In this document: piece by piece, positions 48,982 to 58,414 of the stretch
Layout: the number at the start of each line of letters is the position of its first letter
Position numbering within the stretch: the stretch's first letter is position 1
DNA from: an uncultured bacterium
Lineage (GTDB): Bacteria > Babelota > Babeliae > Babelales > Vermiphilaceae
Assembly: GCA_963702025.1 (NCBI GenBank)
Contig: OY969699.1
Location: 864,001 to 928,000, forward strand
DNA length: 64,000 nucleotides
Direction of reading: 5' to 3'
The notes under the pieces: model-generated
The model's input: only the letters and a program-made list of their open reading frames with translations
What the model was told of the DNA's origin: nothing
The model's database searches: none
Translations under genes and position numbers: made by a program

Positions 48982-50838
48982 TTATTTTTTACAATTATTT
49001 GCTTTCCCGATGTATTCAATAAGCCGTTCCGTGAGCATGAACCATGGTTGTTTGTTAGCACAGCTTTCAGCAGCGGCTGCTCTTTTTTGAACAATCATTA
49101 TTGGCGTATCGCCACTATTATCCGCTAAAAGAGGATTGGCGCCGGCATTAATAAGTGCATCTACGATGTGGGGGTTGACATAGTTGAAGGCATGGTGTAG
49201 CGGTGTTTTACCTTCATTATCTTGCTCATTTACCGGTGCTTTATGGTCCAAAAGAAGTTGTAAGATTGAGATATCAGTATTATCGACGGCATAATGAAGT
49301 GCCGTTTTTCCTTCAGTATTTTTTGCTGCGACGTTCGCGCCGTTTTTTACCAATAATCGAGCTAATTCTACATCTTCGACATAACAAGAATTGTCACAAG
49401 CATGCTGTAACAGAGTTTTTCCTTTATATTCCTGATTAACATTTGCGTTATTTTCCAATAAAAATGTCACGATAGCATATTCTTTTTGATGTACAGCATT
49501 ATAAAGCATTATCTTTTTATTCGATTCTAAATCGGCGCCGGCTTGAATCAGACGTTTAATAATGGTGGGCTGCTGAGAGAATTTGGCCGCTAGGCAAAGT
49601 GGTGACTTACTGGTGCCATTATTGATAGTATAATCTGCTTCGTTTTCTAATAAAAAATTAACCAATTCATCATTATTGCTCTGGCACGCCAAGAGGAGTG
49701 GATTGTAGTTATCATTTGACATCGCGTTTATAGACGCACCATTTTTTAATAAAAGTTCGGCTAGGGGAAGATTTCCGCGCATGCAAGCGATGTGTAACGC
49801 TGTCCTTCCATTATTATTTCTCGCATCAACAAGAGCTTTGCACGCAAGTAATGTAGTTGCTATTCGCAATGGTGCATCATGGTGATCTGATGCGTGGGCT
49901 GTTTGCATAAGGGGAGTATCGCCACTATCATCAACCCCATTAACATCGGCACCTAAATTAATAAGAATTTTTATCGCTTCTGGATTGTCTTTTTTTCCCA
50001 TGATACAACGATGGATTGGTTTAGAGGTTCCTAATTGTTCATTAGGGTTCACACCGGCATCAATTAACAAGCGAGCAATATCAACAAGCCCTTCATTTGC
50101 TGCGATAACGAGTGCTTCAGCGTTTGGCTTGATATTTTGGGCTACTAACGTTTTGATAAAACTAATATTATTTTTTTCTATTGTGCTTTCAAATAAATAA
50201 GCTCTTTCGTGGTCCGTTAAATTCGAAAGTTTCGGATCGTTAAGAAGGGCCGTTTGCATTTGAGTGTCAGGATAGTCCGTTAATGTTTCTAAAATATTGT
50301 GAATGTGCCAGTTGTCGAAATTCTTTAGTTCAATATGTTGCGGGTATAATACTTCAATAATTTGTGTATTTTTGTTTTTCATTGCTGATACAAATGCTTG
50401 CTGCAATAATCTATTTGCTTCTTGGGGCTGCGCATTGGGTTTTTCTATTTCTAGCAAACGTTGTATGGCCGGAAGATTGCCTGCCAATACGGCATAGTTA
50501 AATGGGGAATGGAAAAGCATATCCATGACATTGGTTTTGGCTTTTCTTGTAAGAAGTTCCTTAAAGGCGTCATGATTATGGTGTATAATCGCGTGGCTGA
50601 GTAAACAGGTTTTATTTCTATCGCTGGCATTTACCATTTCAGGATTTTCATCAAGTAATGGGAGCAGTGCTCCAACCGGTTTTTTTTGCGCAATTGCGCT
50701 AATAATCTGTTGAACTTGTGTTTCATTTTTTTTCTGAGCATCATTATTTTTCTCTAATGTGCACAAATAGAATCCTCCCATTGGTGAAATAGTTTGGATT
50801 AGCAAACAACTGAGTATAATTGTGCGCCGTAACAACAT
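48982..50838 (-). CDS. Secreted ankyrin repeat protein (paralog lacking the F-box-like segment)
   Basis: Ankyrins homologous to 44735-46819 (LLSHAI.HHN, GKTALHYA). Confidence 0.88.
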   Translation of the reverse strand: MLLRRTIILSCLLIQTISPMGGFYLCTLEKNNDAQKKNETQVQQIISAIAQKKPVGALLPLLDENPEMVNASDRNKTCLLSHAIIHHNHDAFKELLTRKAKTNVMDMLFHSPFNYAVLAGNLPAIQRLLEIEKPNAQPQEANRLLQQAFVSAMKNKNTQIIEVLYPQHIELKNFDNWHIHNILETLTDYPDTQMQTALLNDPKLSNLTDHERAYLFESTIEKNNISFIKTLVAQNIKPNAEALVIAANEGLVDIARLLIDAGVNPNEQLGTSKPIHRCIMGKKDNPEAIKILINLGADVNGVDDSGDTPLMQTAHASDHHDAPLRIATTLLACKALVDARNNNGRTALHIACMRGNLPLAELLLKNGASINAMSNDNYNPLLLACQSNNDELVNFLLENEADYTINNGTSKSPLCLAAKFSQQPTIIKRLIQAGADLESNKKIMLYNAVHQKEYAIVTFLLENNANVNQEYKGKTLLQHACDNSCYVEDVELARLLVKNGANVAAKNTEGKTALHYAVDNTDISILQLLLDHKAPVNEQDNEGKTPLHHAFNYVNPHIVDALINAGANPLLADNSGDTPIMIVQKRAAAAESCANKQPWFMLTERLIEYIGKANNCKK

Positions 50839-50880
50839 GGATTAAAACTCCTTTTTTAAGTTTTGATTATAAAACAGTGT

Positions 50881-50910
50881 GAGCATACAAAAATTATTTT
50901 TAGAAGTCGA
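50881..50910 (-). promoter_or_regulatory. Putative promoter, duplicated at 46853-46882
   Basis: Minus strand TCGACT-17 bp-TATGCT; 28/30 identical to 46853-46882. Confidence 0.5.
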
Positions 50911-50929
50911 ATAGCTGCATAGTATTTCA

Positions 50930-51655
50930 AAATCCGTTCGCCTCGATCGAAGCATTTTTTTATAAGAAATTATATTTTTACTTTGCCCCTTCGCGGGGCG
51001 GCGGCAGGAAGGTTTTCGCAAACCCTCCTGCACCACGTGCTCCAAAGGGCTTCGCCCTTTGTAATCCCGACGGCGCTCATCACGGCTGCACATGCCGCTT
51101 ACAGCGGACAAGGCAGCCTCTCGCCACTCATAGGCTGCGCCTATTCGAGCTCGGTACCGCCTAGGTTGGAATTTAACCCCTATCATTAAAACGCTAAGGA
51201 AATAGCTTTTGCTCGAGGGGACCCCAAACCCCTAGCAAAAGACATTATTAAAAAAATGTGTGGCGATCTATTTCTATATATTTATGAAAAAGTTTCTAAG
51301 TTAGAAACAGAATGTTTTCAAGAAAAAATAACTGAGCCCGCTCGGGCGCCCTTCGACAAGCTCAGGATAAACTCCGCCGACCGGCTTGCCTTTAGTCCCG
51401 AGCGAAGTCGAGGGGATCGTTGCGGGCTCTACGTCTAGTTAATGTATAAAACGTTTATATCTGATTGCGATACCTGTATGAGCCGGTGCAGATCACCCCG
51501 CAGGGGGGAGATGAGCCGGCGAGTTTATCGCATAAGGAATCCAATGGAACATTGGTGAATGGGGGGTGTGGGGGGTATTTTCAAGAATACCCCCCCCCAC
51601 ATTTATACGCTGCCCCGCGCAGGGCAAAGTTACAAATAAAAAATCAAAGAAAAAA
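50930..51655. repeat. Composite GC-rich multi-hairpin repeat cluster
   Basis: 51064-51258 is an inverted near-copy of 44419-44613; central CCCTTCGACAAGCTCAGG repeat; plus-oriented module 51465-51640. Confidence 0.8.
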
Positions 51656-51660
51656 CTAAA

Positions 51661-53370
51661 TTACTGATTCAATTCTTTTGCTTTTGCAATAACCTGTTCG
51701 AGGGTTAAACCAAATTCTTGTTTGCCGTCATTGTGTCGCAGAGTGATTGTTTTGTTGTCAACCTCTCTTTGGCCAATAACAAGCATCCATGGGATTTTCT
51801 CTTCTTGCGCGCGTTTAATTTTTCCTGAAATTTGATCGGATGTTTCATCCATATTTACGCGCAGATCTTGAGCTTTTAACTGTTGCACAATAGTTTGTGC
51901 ATATTCTTTTTGCGCATCGGTGATGGTGAGAATTCTGATTTGTTCCGGTGCGAGCCAGAATGGTAGGTGGCCCTTATAGTGCTCAAGTAAAATGGCAAAA
52001 AAGCGCTCAAGAGATCCAAAGATTGCTTGGTGAATCATAACCGGACGTTCACGTTGTCCGCTGCTGGCAATATATTCAAGGTCAAAGTTTTGTGGAAAAA
52101 AGAAATCAACTTGTACTGTGCCGCATTGCCACTCTCTACCCATTGAATCTTTGATGCGAAATTCTATTTTTGGCCCATAAAAGGCGCCTTCACCTTCAGA
52201 TATTGAAAACGGAATATTTAAACTTGTTAAAGCATTCTTGAGCGCATTGGTTGCTTTATCCCAATACTCGGCTGATCCCATTGCATCTTCCGGTTTAGTT
52301 GAGATGGTCACATCAATATCTTTAAAACCAAATTTGTTGAGCATTGCATAGGTCATCTTAACAATCGTAGCAACTTCTTTTTCAATCTGATCTGGCATGC
52401 AATAAATATGCGCATCATCTTGGGTGAAAGCGCGGACGCGCATTAAGCCATGAAGAACACCAGAAAGTTCATGACGATGAACGTGACCAAATTCAGCCAA
52501 TTTTAATGGCAGTTCTCGGTAGGAACGAGGACGGGTGGAATATACTAAAATAGATCCGGGGCAGTTCATTGGCTTGAGAGCATATGATTGTTCATCAATG
52601 TTGCAAAAATACATTTTATCTTTGTAATGTGCCCAATGGCCCGATCGCTTCCATAATTCAGCCGATAGCATTGTTGGCGTACTAATTTCTTGATAATTAT
52701 TTTCTTGTTGGAGCCTGCGCATGTAGGCTGTCATTAAATTTATGACAAGTTTGCCTTTGGGATGAAAGAAGGGGAACCCAACACCTTCATCATGAAATGA
52801 GAATAAATCAAGTTGTTTGCCGATTTTACGGTGATCATATTTGGCTGCTTCTTCTTTTTTGCGTTCATAATCGGCAAGATCTTGAGCAGTAAAAAAGACA
52901 ATGCCGCTGATTCGCTGCAATGCTTGTTTTGAGCGATCGGCGCGCCAGTAGGATCCTGAAATCTGGGTGAGTTTCACATTTTTAAGCATGCCGGTTGAAT
53001 CTACGTGACCACCTTTACAAAGGTCATAGAAATCACCCTGACGCGCAATGCCAACCATATCGCCGGGAATACCATCGATAAGTTCAAGTTTGAAGGGATT
53101 ATTTTTATACAGTTTGCGGGCCTCTTCTTTGCTCATCATTTCATGAGTGAGCGGAAGATTGCGATCAGCAATTTCTTTCATTCGTGCTTCAATAAGAGGG
53201 AGATCTTCTTCTTTAAAGTTGCGTGCTGGTAGAGTATCATAAAAAAAACCTTCTTCAGTTGCAGGGCCTATGGTGAGGATAGTATCAGGATAGAGTTCCT
53301 TAATTGCATGTGCAAGAAGGTGGGCCGCCGAGTGGCGAAGCGCCATAATATCATTATTGAGTGATTTCAT
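51661..53370 (-). CDS. thrS: Threonine--tRNA ligase (lacks N-terminal TGS domain)
   Basis: RHSAAH, DHRKIG, KPMNCP, RVRAFTQDDAH, AFYGPK, GSLERF. Confidence 0.97.
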   Translation of the reverse strand: MKSLNNDIMALRHSAAHLLAHAIKELYPDTILTIGPATEEGFFYDTLPARNFKEEDLPLIEARMKEIADRNLPLTHEMMSKEEARKLYKNNPFKLELIDGIPGDMVGIARQGDFYDLCKGGHVDSTGMLKNVKLTQISGSYWRADRSKQALQRISGIVFFTAQDLADYERKKEEAAKYDHRKIGKQLDLFSFHDEGVGFPFFHPKGKLVINLMTAYMRRLQQENNYQEISTPTMLSAELWKRSGHWAHYKDKMYFCNIDEQSYALKPMNCPGSILVYSTRPRSYRELPLKLAEFGHVHRHELSGVLHGLMRVRAFTQDDAHIYCMPDQIEKEVATIVKMTYAMLNKFGFKDIDVTISTKPEDAMGSAEYWDKATNALKNALTSLNIPFSISEGEGAFYGPKIEFRIKDSMGREWQCGTVQVDFFFPQNFDLEYIASSGQRERPVMIHQAIFGSLERFFAILLEHYKGHLPFWLAPEQIRILTITDAQKEYAQTIVQQLKAQDLRVNMDETSDQISGKIKRAQEEKIPWMLVIGQREVDNKTITLRHNDGKQEFGLTLEQVIAKAKELNQ

Positions 53371-55292
53371 AGTAAAGACCCCTTAAGTTCCTGTTTTAGT
53401 TCATTATACCGTTTCATATGCATTTGGGCTACTTCTGGGCTCAATTCATGCATCCCTTTTAGATCGACATTTTTGGCAAAAGAGTCCACTTTATTGATCA
53501 CTACCATATAAGTTTTGTGGTCTTTCGTCTGAAAAAAGATACGCAAAACGGCTCCTTTTTGTGTATGGACATAGACATTGTGTAGTGATGCTGACGAATC
53601 GGTTAACCCTAATTTTTTTGCGAGGGGCGACGTACTATCGATCGGAAAGTCTACTTGATCGATGATAAAGTGTCGGTCAAAGCGGTCGCCATCGATTGGC
53701 CAAAATGCGTTTAAAAGGTTACTTTTTTCTTTCCATTCTATCTGTTTAAAATAGTGCTTACTTTCTCCGGGGCGAATTGAAATAATGCAGGTGCCGGTGT
53801 CGGGCATATTTTCTATAATAACGGGCATCGGTACTGCAGTGCTTTCTACCAGGATGGCAAAGCGTTTGGTCATAACCAGATTATTGTTACCCTCTTCTTG
53901 GGCATGTTTAATCAATGTATCATTTATTTTTGAGCATGAATGAGGCAAAACAGGAATAACTGTGTTTGTGTTCGCCAGACGAATCACCGAAACAGTGGCT
54001 AATAAATCTTCAGTGATATGCATGAGCGCCTTTGGTAGCCAATTGAGATTACCATCGAATGAATGAGCGCTCATTTTCTTAAAAAATTTTTTCCATTCAT
54101 ACCCAAAATCAAGTTTCAATTGCCAGTTTTCTTGGTCATCTGCCTCAATATCCTCAGCAGCTAGCCGGTTATTTTCAAGTGATGGCACATTGAGCGCCTT
54201 TATTTTGCAATAACTATACCCATCAGATAAACAATCGGAAATGATAGGATAACTATAGGTTGGATTACCCGCATCATCAAATATCATTTTGAAGCGGATG
54301 CCGGCTCCATAACAGGTAGACACATGGAAACTTTTAGTCTTTATTTTATGTTCTAGAAAAGCTAAAAATTGTTGAATTTCCGGAATTGATAAATCGGCAA
54401 CAATAGCTTTTGCATAACTGTCGGTAGCTGCATTGTAACCGGTGCCGCCATGGCCAGAGAGGGCTATGCTCCACAAATAGGGTTTATAATCGGCATCTGA
54501 TTTGGTAATAAAAAAATCCTCTAACTGCTGGGTAAATTTATTATGGGTATCCAATTGTGAATCAAAATAGAGACGTGCAGGATCTTCAACATTTTCCACT
54601 TTGGTAAGTGTATCGATTTTTAATCCAAGATGCTCTCTATTCATTCTTTCATAGGAGCATGGCAAAGCAAATCTTCCTGGCGCTGCAGGCTGCCGGTCAA
54701 TTTCTTGTTGTGATTCGGCATATTTTGTGGGAACAAATAAATACAGTGATTTTTGATTTGTATAGATTTTCCACTCTTCTTGATTAAATTTTGTTAAATA
54801 ACTTCGTAATGCTTGTTGCATTTCTGAGTTTATCGGTTCATTGTTTTGCTCTTGCGCTTTGAGCACGGCCTCTTTGGCGTAAAATTCTTTATTCACATTT
54901 TCAAGCATGAGCTGTTTGCTTTGAAAGTGATCTATTCCTTTTTGGCGAAACTGGCGATACAGCGCCGTAAGACGATCATTGATAGCCGTATAAGTTTTGA
55001 GAGCTTTTGCTTCTCTTGAATCCGGTATTTGTGCCATTTGCTCGATGCTTTTTCTTTTTTCAATGAAAAATTTCAAGAGTGCGGCATTTATTATAATAGG
55101 GGATGCTTTTTCTTGGAGGGCAGATTGGAATTTGCTTGATAGAAAATGGGCGCCCGGACTGCCGATGTGTTCGTTTTTTCCTTCTTGATCGAGTAAGATG
55201 ATCATGTTGCGCTGCGAATCTTGCGCGGAGCAAAAATGGACCATTATTAAAAATAAGAGAAAATAATTAGGTGCTTTCATTTTTTTCCACAT
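53367..55292 (-). CDS. Secreted hypothetical protein, possible clan CD cysteine peptidase fold
   Basis: Signal peptide; IALSGHG and FHVSTCYGAG motifs. Confidence 0.65.
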   Translation of the reverse strand: MWKKMKAPNYFLLFLIMVHFCSAQDSQRNMIILLDQEGKNEHIGSPGAHFLSSKFQSALQEKASPIIINAALLKFFIEKRKSIEQMAQIPDSREAKALKTYTAINDRLTALYRQFRQKGIDHFQSKQLMLENVNKEFYAKEAVLKAQEQNNEPINSEMQQALRSYLTKFNQEEWKIYTNQKSLYLFVPTKYAESQQEIDRQPAAPGRFALPCSYERMNREHLGLKIDTLTKVENVEDPARLYFDSQLDTHNKFTQQLEDFFITKSDADYKPYLWSIALSGHGGTGYNAATDSYAKAIVADLSIPEIQQFLAFLEHKIKTKSFHVSTCYGAGIRFKMIFDDAGNPTYSYPIISDCLSDGYSYCKIKALNVPSLENNRLAAEDIEADDQENWQLKLDFGYEWKKFFKKMSAHSFDGNLNWLPKALMHITEDLLATVSVIRLANTNTVIPVLPHSCSKINDTLIKHAQEEGNNNLVMTKRFAILVESTAVPMPVIIENMPDTGTCIISIRPGESKHYFKQIEWKEKSNLLNAFWPIDGDRFDRHFIIDQVDFPIDSTSPLAKKLGLTDSSASLHNVYVHTQKGAVLRIFFQTKDHKTYMVVINKVDSFAKNVDLKGMHELSPEVAQMHMKRYNELKQELKGSLL

Positions 55293-55473
55293 TTATGATT
55301 TTCATTCGAATCAAAATCATAACAAAATTTTTTGAGAAAAACATTATCAAAAAGATGGAGTTTTTATCATAAAATTTGGAGGGCAAAGGTCCGATTGTGT
55401 CATTTTTTTCAAATATTGCAGGGGCACGGCGTAGATATGATAGGATGCAGCTGAAGTAAAAAAAGGAAGAAGT

Positions 55474-56865
55474 ATGGCGGAAAAATTGTTTATCCTGGAC
55501 ACCAATGTCCTTGTACATGACCCCTCTGCACTCTTTAATTTCAAAGATTCTTTAGTCGGTATCCCTTCGATTGTGCTTGAGGAGCTTGATCAATTTAAAT
55601 CGGAAATGAGTGAGCGCGGACGCAATTCACGTGAAGCAACCCGTTTACTGGATGGATTGCGCGAACGGGGCTCACTCAAAGACGGTGTTCCTCTTGATAA
55701 CGGCGGTAGATTAAAAGTACTATTTTTGCCGGTAGATAAAATTCCCAAAATTCCCTTTTATATAGATGTTAATGATAATAAAATCTTGTTGACCGCTCTT
55801 TTTATGAAGCAAGAGGGGTATGATGTACGATTTATTACCAAAGATATTAATGCGCGGGTGAAGGCGGATGCTATTGGCTTGGTATCAGAAGATTATTTAA
55901 AAGAATCGATTTCAATTGATGAATTTTATAAAGGGTGGGTTAATGTTGATGTGCCGGCAGTTGAATTAAAAAAGGATTTTCCTTCGGTTCTGGATAAATT
56001 GGTTGATGATAAGCAGCTTGCTATTAATGAATTTGTCTTGGTAACCAGCCAGCATAATCCCTATAATTATCGGGTGTTTAGATATCTTGGTGGCAGACAT
56101 TTTAGAATTGTTCATGAGCCACTTCTCAAGTGGCCACTCAAGGCCCGCAATCCGCAACAATTAATGGCTCTTGATCTTTTACTCGATAATTCGATTCAAT
56201 TTGTTACCCTCTTTGGGCCGGCAGGTACGGGCAAAACTTTTCTTGCGTTGCTCGCAGGGCTGCACAAAGTGCTGATTGAAGATGAATATGAAAAGATTTT
56301 AGTTTCACGTCCGGTGGTGCCGCTTGGGCGCGATATTGGATACTTGCCCGGCACCGTGGAAGAAAAATTACATAGCTGGATGTTGCCAATTTACGATAAT
56401 ATGGAATTTATTATGCACTCCTCACAAGTGGGGCAACATTTTGAAGAATTGGATGCTGACCGTTATGAGCGACGTAAAAATAAAAAGGGGAATGAAAAGC
56501 GAGATAAATTTAGGCAGCAAGGTTCATTGCGCCCGATGGATGATTTGATTAAACATGACAAGCTGAGTTTGGAAGCAATAACCTATATGCGCGGTCGCTC
56601 GATTCCGTATCAATATATTTTGATTGATGAGGTGCAAAATCTAACTCCTCACGAAGTAAAAACACTCGTGAGCCGCGTGGGCGAAGGAAGTAAAATTATC
56701 CTTGCCGGCGACCCGTATCAAATCGATTCTCCGTATCTTGATTTTATTAGCAACGGATTAGTGGTGACCAGCGAGCGGTTCCGGGGGCAGAGAGTTTTTG
56801 GCACTGTATACTTGCAGGTGAGTGAGCGGAGCGAGTTGAGTAAGTTGGTTACCGAGCTTTTATAA
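55474..56865 (+). CDS. PhoH family PIN-domain ATPase (YlaK/PhoH2-like)
   Basis: ILDTNVLVHDP PIN domain; GPAGTGKT; RGRS; DEVQN. Confidence 0.92.
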   Translation: MAEKLFILDTNVLVHDPSALFNFKDSLVGIPSIVLEELDQFKSEMSERGRNSREATRLLDGLRERGSLKDGVPLDNGGRLKVLFLPVDKIPKIPFYIDVNDNKILLTALFMKQEGYDVRFITKDINARVKADAIGLVSEDYLKESISIDEFYKGWVNVDVPAVELKKDFPSVLDKLVDDKQLAINEFVLVTSQHNPYNYRVFRYLGGRHFRIVHEPLLKWPLKARNPQQLMALDLLLDNSIQFVTLFGPAGTGKTFLALLAGLHKVLIEDEYEKILVSRPVVPLGRDIGYLPGTVEEKLHSWMLPIYDNMEFIMHSSQVGQHFEELDADRYERRKNKKGNEKRDKFRQQGSLRPMDDLIKHDKLSLEAITYMRGRSIPYQYILIDEVQNLTPHEVKTLVSRVGEGSKIILAGDPYQIDSPYLDFISNGLVVTSERFRGQRVFGTVYLQVSERSELSKLVTELL

Positions 56866-56889
56866 AAATAAATTAAAGAGGGAGCATCC

Positions 56890-57252
56890 ATGTTATCTAC
56901 TAAGAAAATTTTTGGCGGCGCCTGTTTTATCTTTTCAATTTGTTTCTTATCAGGTATGAGCGAATCAGAAAAATTAATAAAATTAAAAACATTCCTGAAA
57001 AAAGAGCAAATTAATAGATTTAATAATATTGCTGCAAATATGCTCAAAAGAAATGCTCCTTCAATAAAAACGGAATGGCCGTTGGGTAATTCCAAAAAGA
57101 TAACCTTGAATGGGGAATCTAAAATAGTGGTGATAGAACGAACTAACTTTGTAGGCTGTCCTGTTGAATTGGATGCAACGGAATTATCATTAGGTTTGCA
57201 AGAATTTTATGATGTAACAAAAAAAATAGCAGAAGAAGAAAAAATATTTTAA
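56890..57252 (+). CDS. Secreted hypothetical protein
   Basis: GGAG RBS, signal ..LSG-MS. Confidence 0.65.
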   Translation: MLSTKKIFGGACFIFSICFLSGMSESEKLIKLKTFLKKEQINRFNNIAANMLKRNAPSIKTEWPLGNSKKITLNGESKIVVIERTNFVGCPVELDATELSLGLQEFYDVTKKIAEEEKIF

Positions 57253-57284
57253 ACTATGCGCATCCAACAAGAGCGGAGGATGCC

Positions 57285-57686
57285 ATGAAAAAAATAATAG
57301 GATTAATTATCCTGCTTGTTGCACGTAGTAGCGATGCGATACAAAAACCATTGTCTAAAGAAGATGCCATCGGCATGATGCAGCATTTAAGGCCACTGGT
57401 TGTTAAAGCAGCAAAAAAGATCAGAGCAGACCTGGATGACGATGATTATGAACGCTTAAAAAAAATATTGAATGCCAAAAATACAGCACGAATTTTGCAA
57501 TCCCCGCCCAAAAAAAACGAGTCCAAAAGTGTGATTATCAATGACTGCGTATATGTTAAAGTTAAACACAAATCGGTGAGCATACAACTGAATGACAATG
57601 AAGAAGCTGAAGAATTTAAATTGAGACGGGATCAGGTGCTTATTATTGCGCTCGCGCCAAATACTGTGGAAAACGATGAAGAGTAG
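57285..57686 (+). CDS. Secreted hypothetical protein
   Basis: GGAGG RBS, signal MKKIIGLIILLVARSSDA. Confidence 0.65.
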   Translation: MKKIIGLIILLVARSSDAIQKPLSKEDAIGMMQHLRPLVVKAAKKIRADLDDDDYERLKKILNAKNTARILQSPPKKNESKSVIINDCVYVKVKHKSVSIQLNDNEEAEEFKLRRDQVLIIALAPNTVENDEE

Positions 57687-57688
57687 TT

Positions 57689-57874
57689 TTAATTAAACGG
57701 ATTACAAGAAAGTAAGCGTTTGAGAATAGCCCAAATGGCTTTATGCAATGGCTGTTCGGCAAGACATTTGATTGCATATTTGGTACAACTCGGTTCAAAT
57801 TTGCAGCAAGCTGGGCCAAGAAGAGGGCGAATGCCAATAATCAGAGTGGAAACGATTGATGCGACTATTTTCAT
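57689..57874 (-). CDS. yidD: Membrane protein insertion efficiency factor YidD
   Basis: CKFEPSCTKYA; RLLSCNPF; follows rnpA. Confidence 0.88.
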   Translation of the reverse strand: MKIVASIVSTLIIGIRPLLGPACCKFEPSCTKYAIKCLAEQPLHKAIWAILKRLLSCNPFN

Positions 57875-58191
57875 AATGATGCAGCATGAAGGGCGCCAAG
57901 AATAATTTCTTTTAATTGTGAAAGAGATAAATTAATACCTTCTTTTTTAACAAAAATAACATAATCGAGGGGTTTTTGATTTAACTTTTCTTCATGAAAA
58001 AATGCCTTAATGCGCCGCCGAATTCTATTACGCTCAACCGCGTTACCAATGTGCGCAGGGGTTACCACAATTAGGTGATTAGAGATTATAGACTCGCTCG
58101 GGGCAACTAAAAGATCAAAGCCCGGGTGCTTTACAATGCGCCGGGCTTTGTTAAAAAGTTTTTTAATAGCTGCTTGCGATACTTTTGGCAT
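57871..58191 (-). CDS. rnpA: RNase P protein component
   Basis: GNAVERNRIRRRIK (RNR motif); between rpmH and yidD. Confidence 0.9.
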   Translation of the reverse strand: MPKVSQAAIKKLFNKARRIVKHPGFDLLVAPSESIISNHLIVVTPAHIGNAVERNRIRRRIKAFFHEEKLNQKPLDYVIFVKKEGINLSLSQLKEIILGALHAASL

Positions 58192-58196
58192 AAGAA

Positions 58197-58340
58197 TTAT
58201 GCGCGAACTGCAAGGCGCTTTCTGCCTCGTGAACGACGACGTTTGAGTATTTTTCTACCGTCATGAGAGGCCATTCTTTTAAGAAAACCATGTTTTCTAT
58301 TGCGTTTCTTGCGGCTTTTTCTAAAAAAGGTAACTGACAT
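58197..58340 (-). CDS. rpmH: 50S ribosomal protein L34 (not in ORF track)
   Basis: [55 protein letters not shown]. Confidence 0.95.
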   Translation of the reverse strand: MSVTFFRKSRKKRNRKHGFLKRMASHDGRKILKRRRSRGRKRLAVRA

Positions 58341-58414
58341 ATGTATTCCTTAAAATTTGATTTTATATCCCTATTTTAGGGCAAAATAAGACTTTTTTCA
58401 AATTTTTAAAGGAT

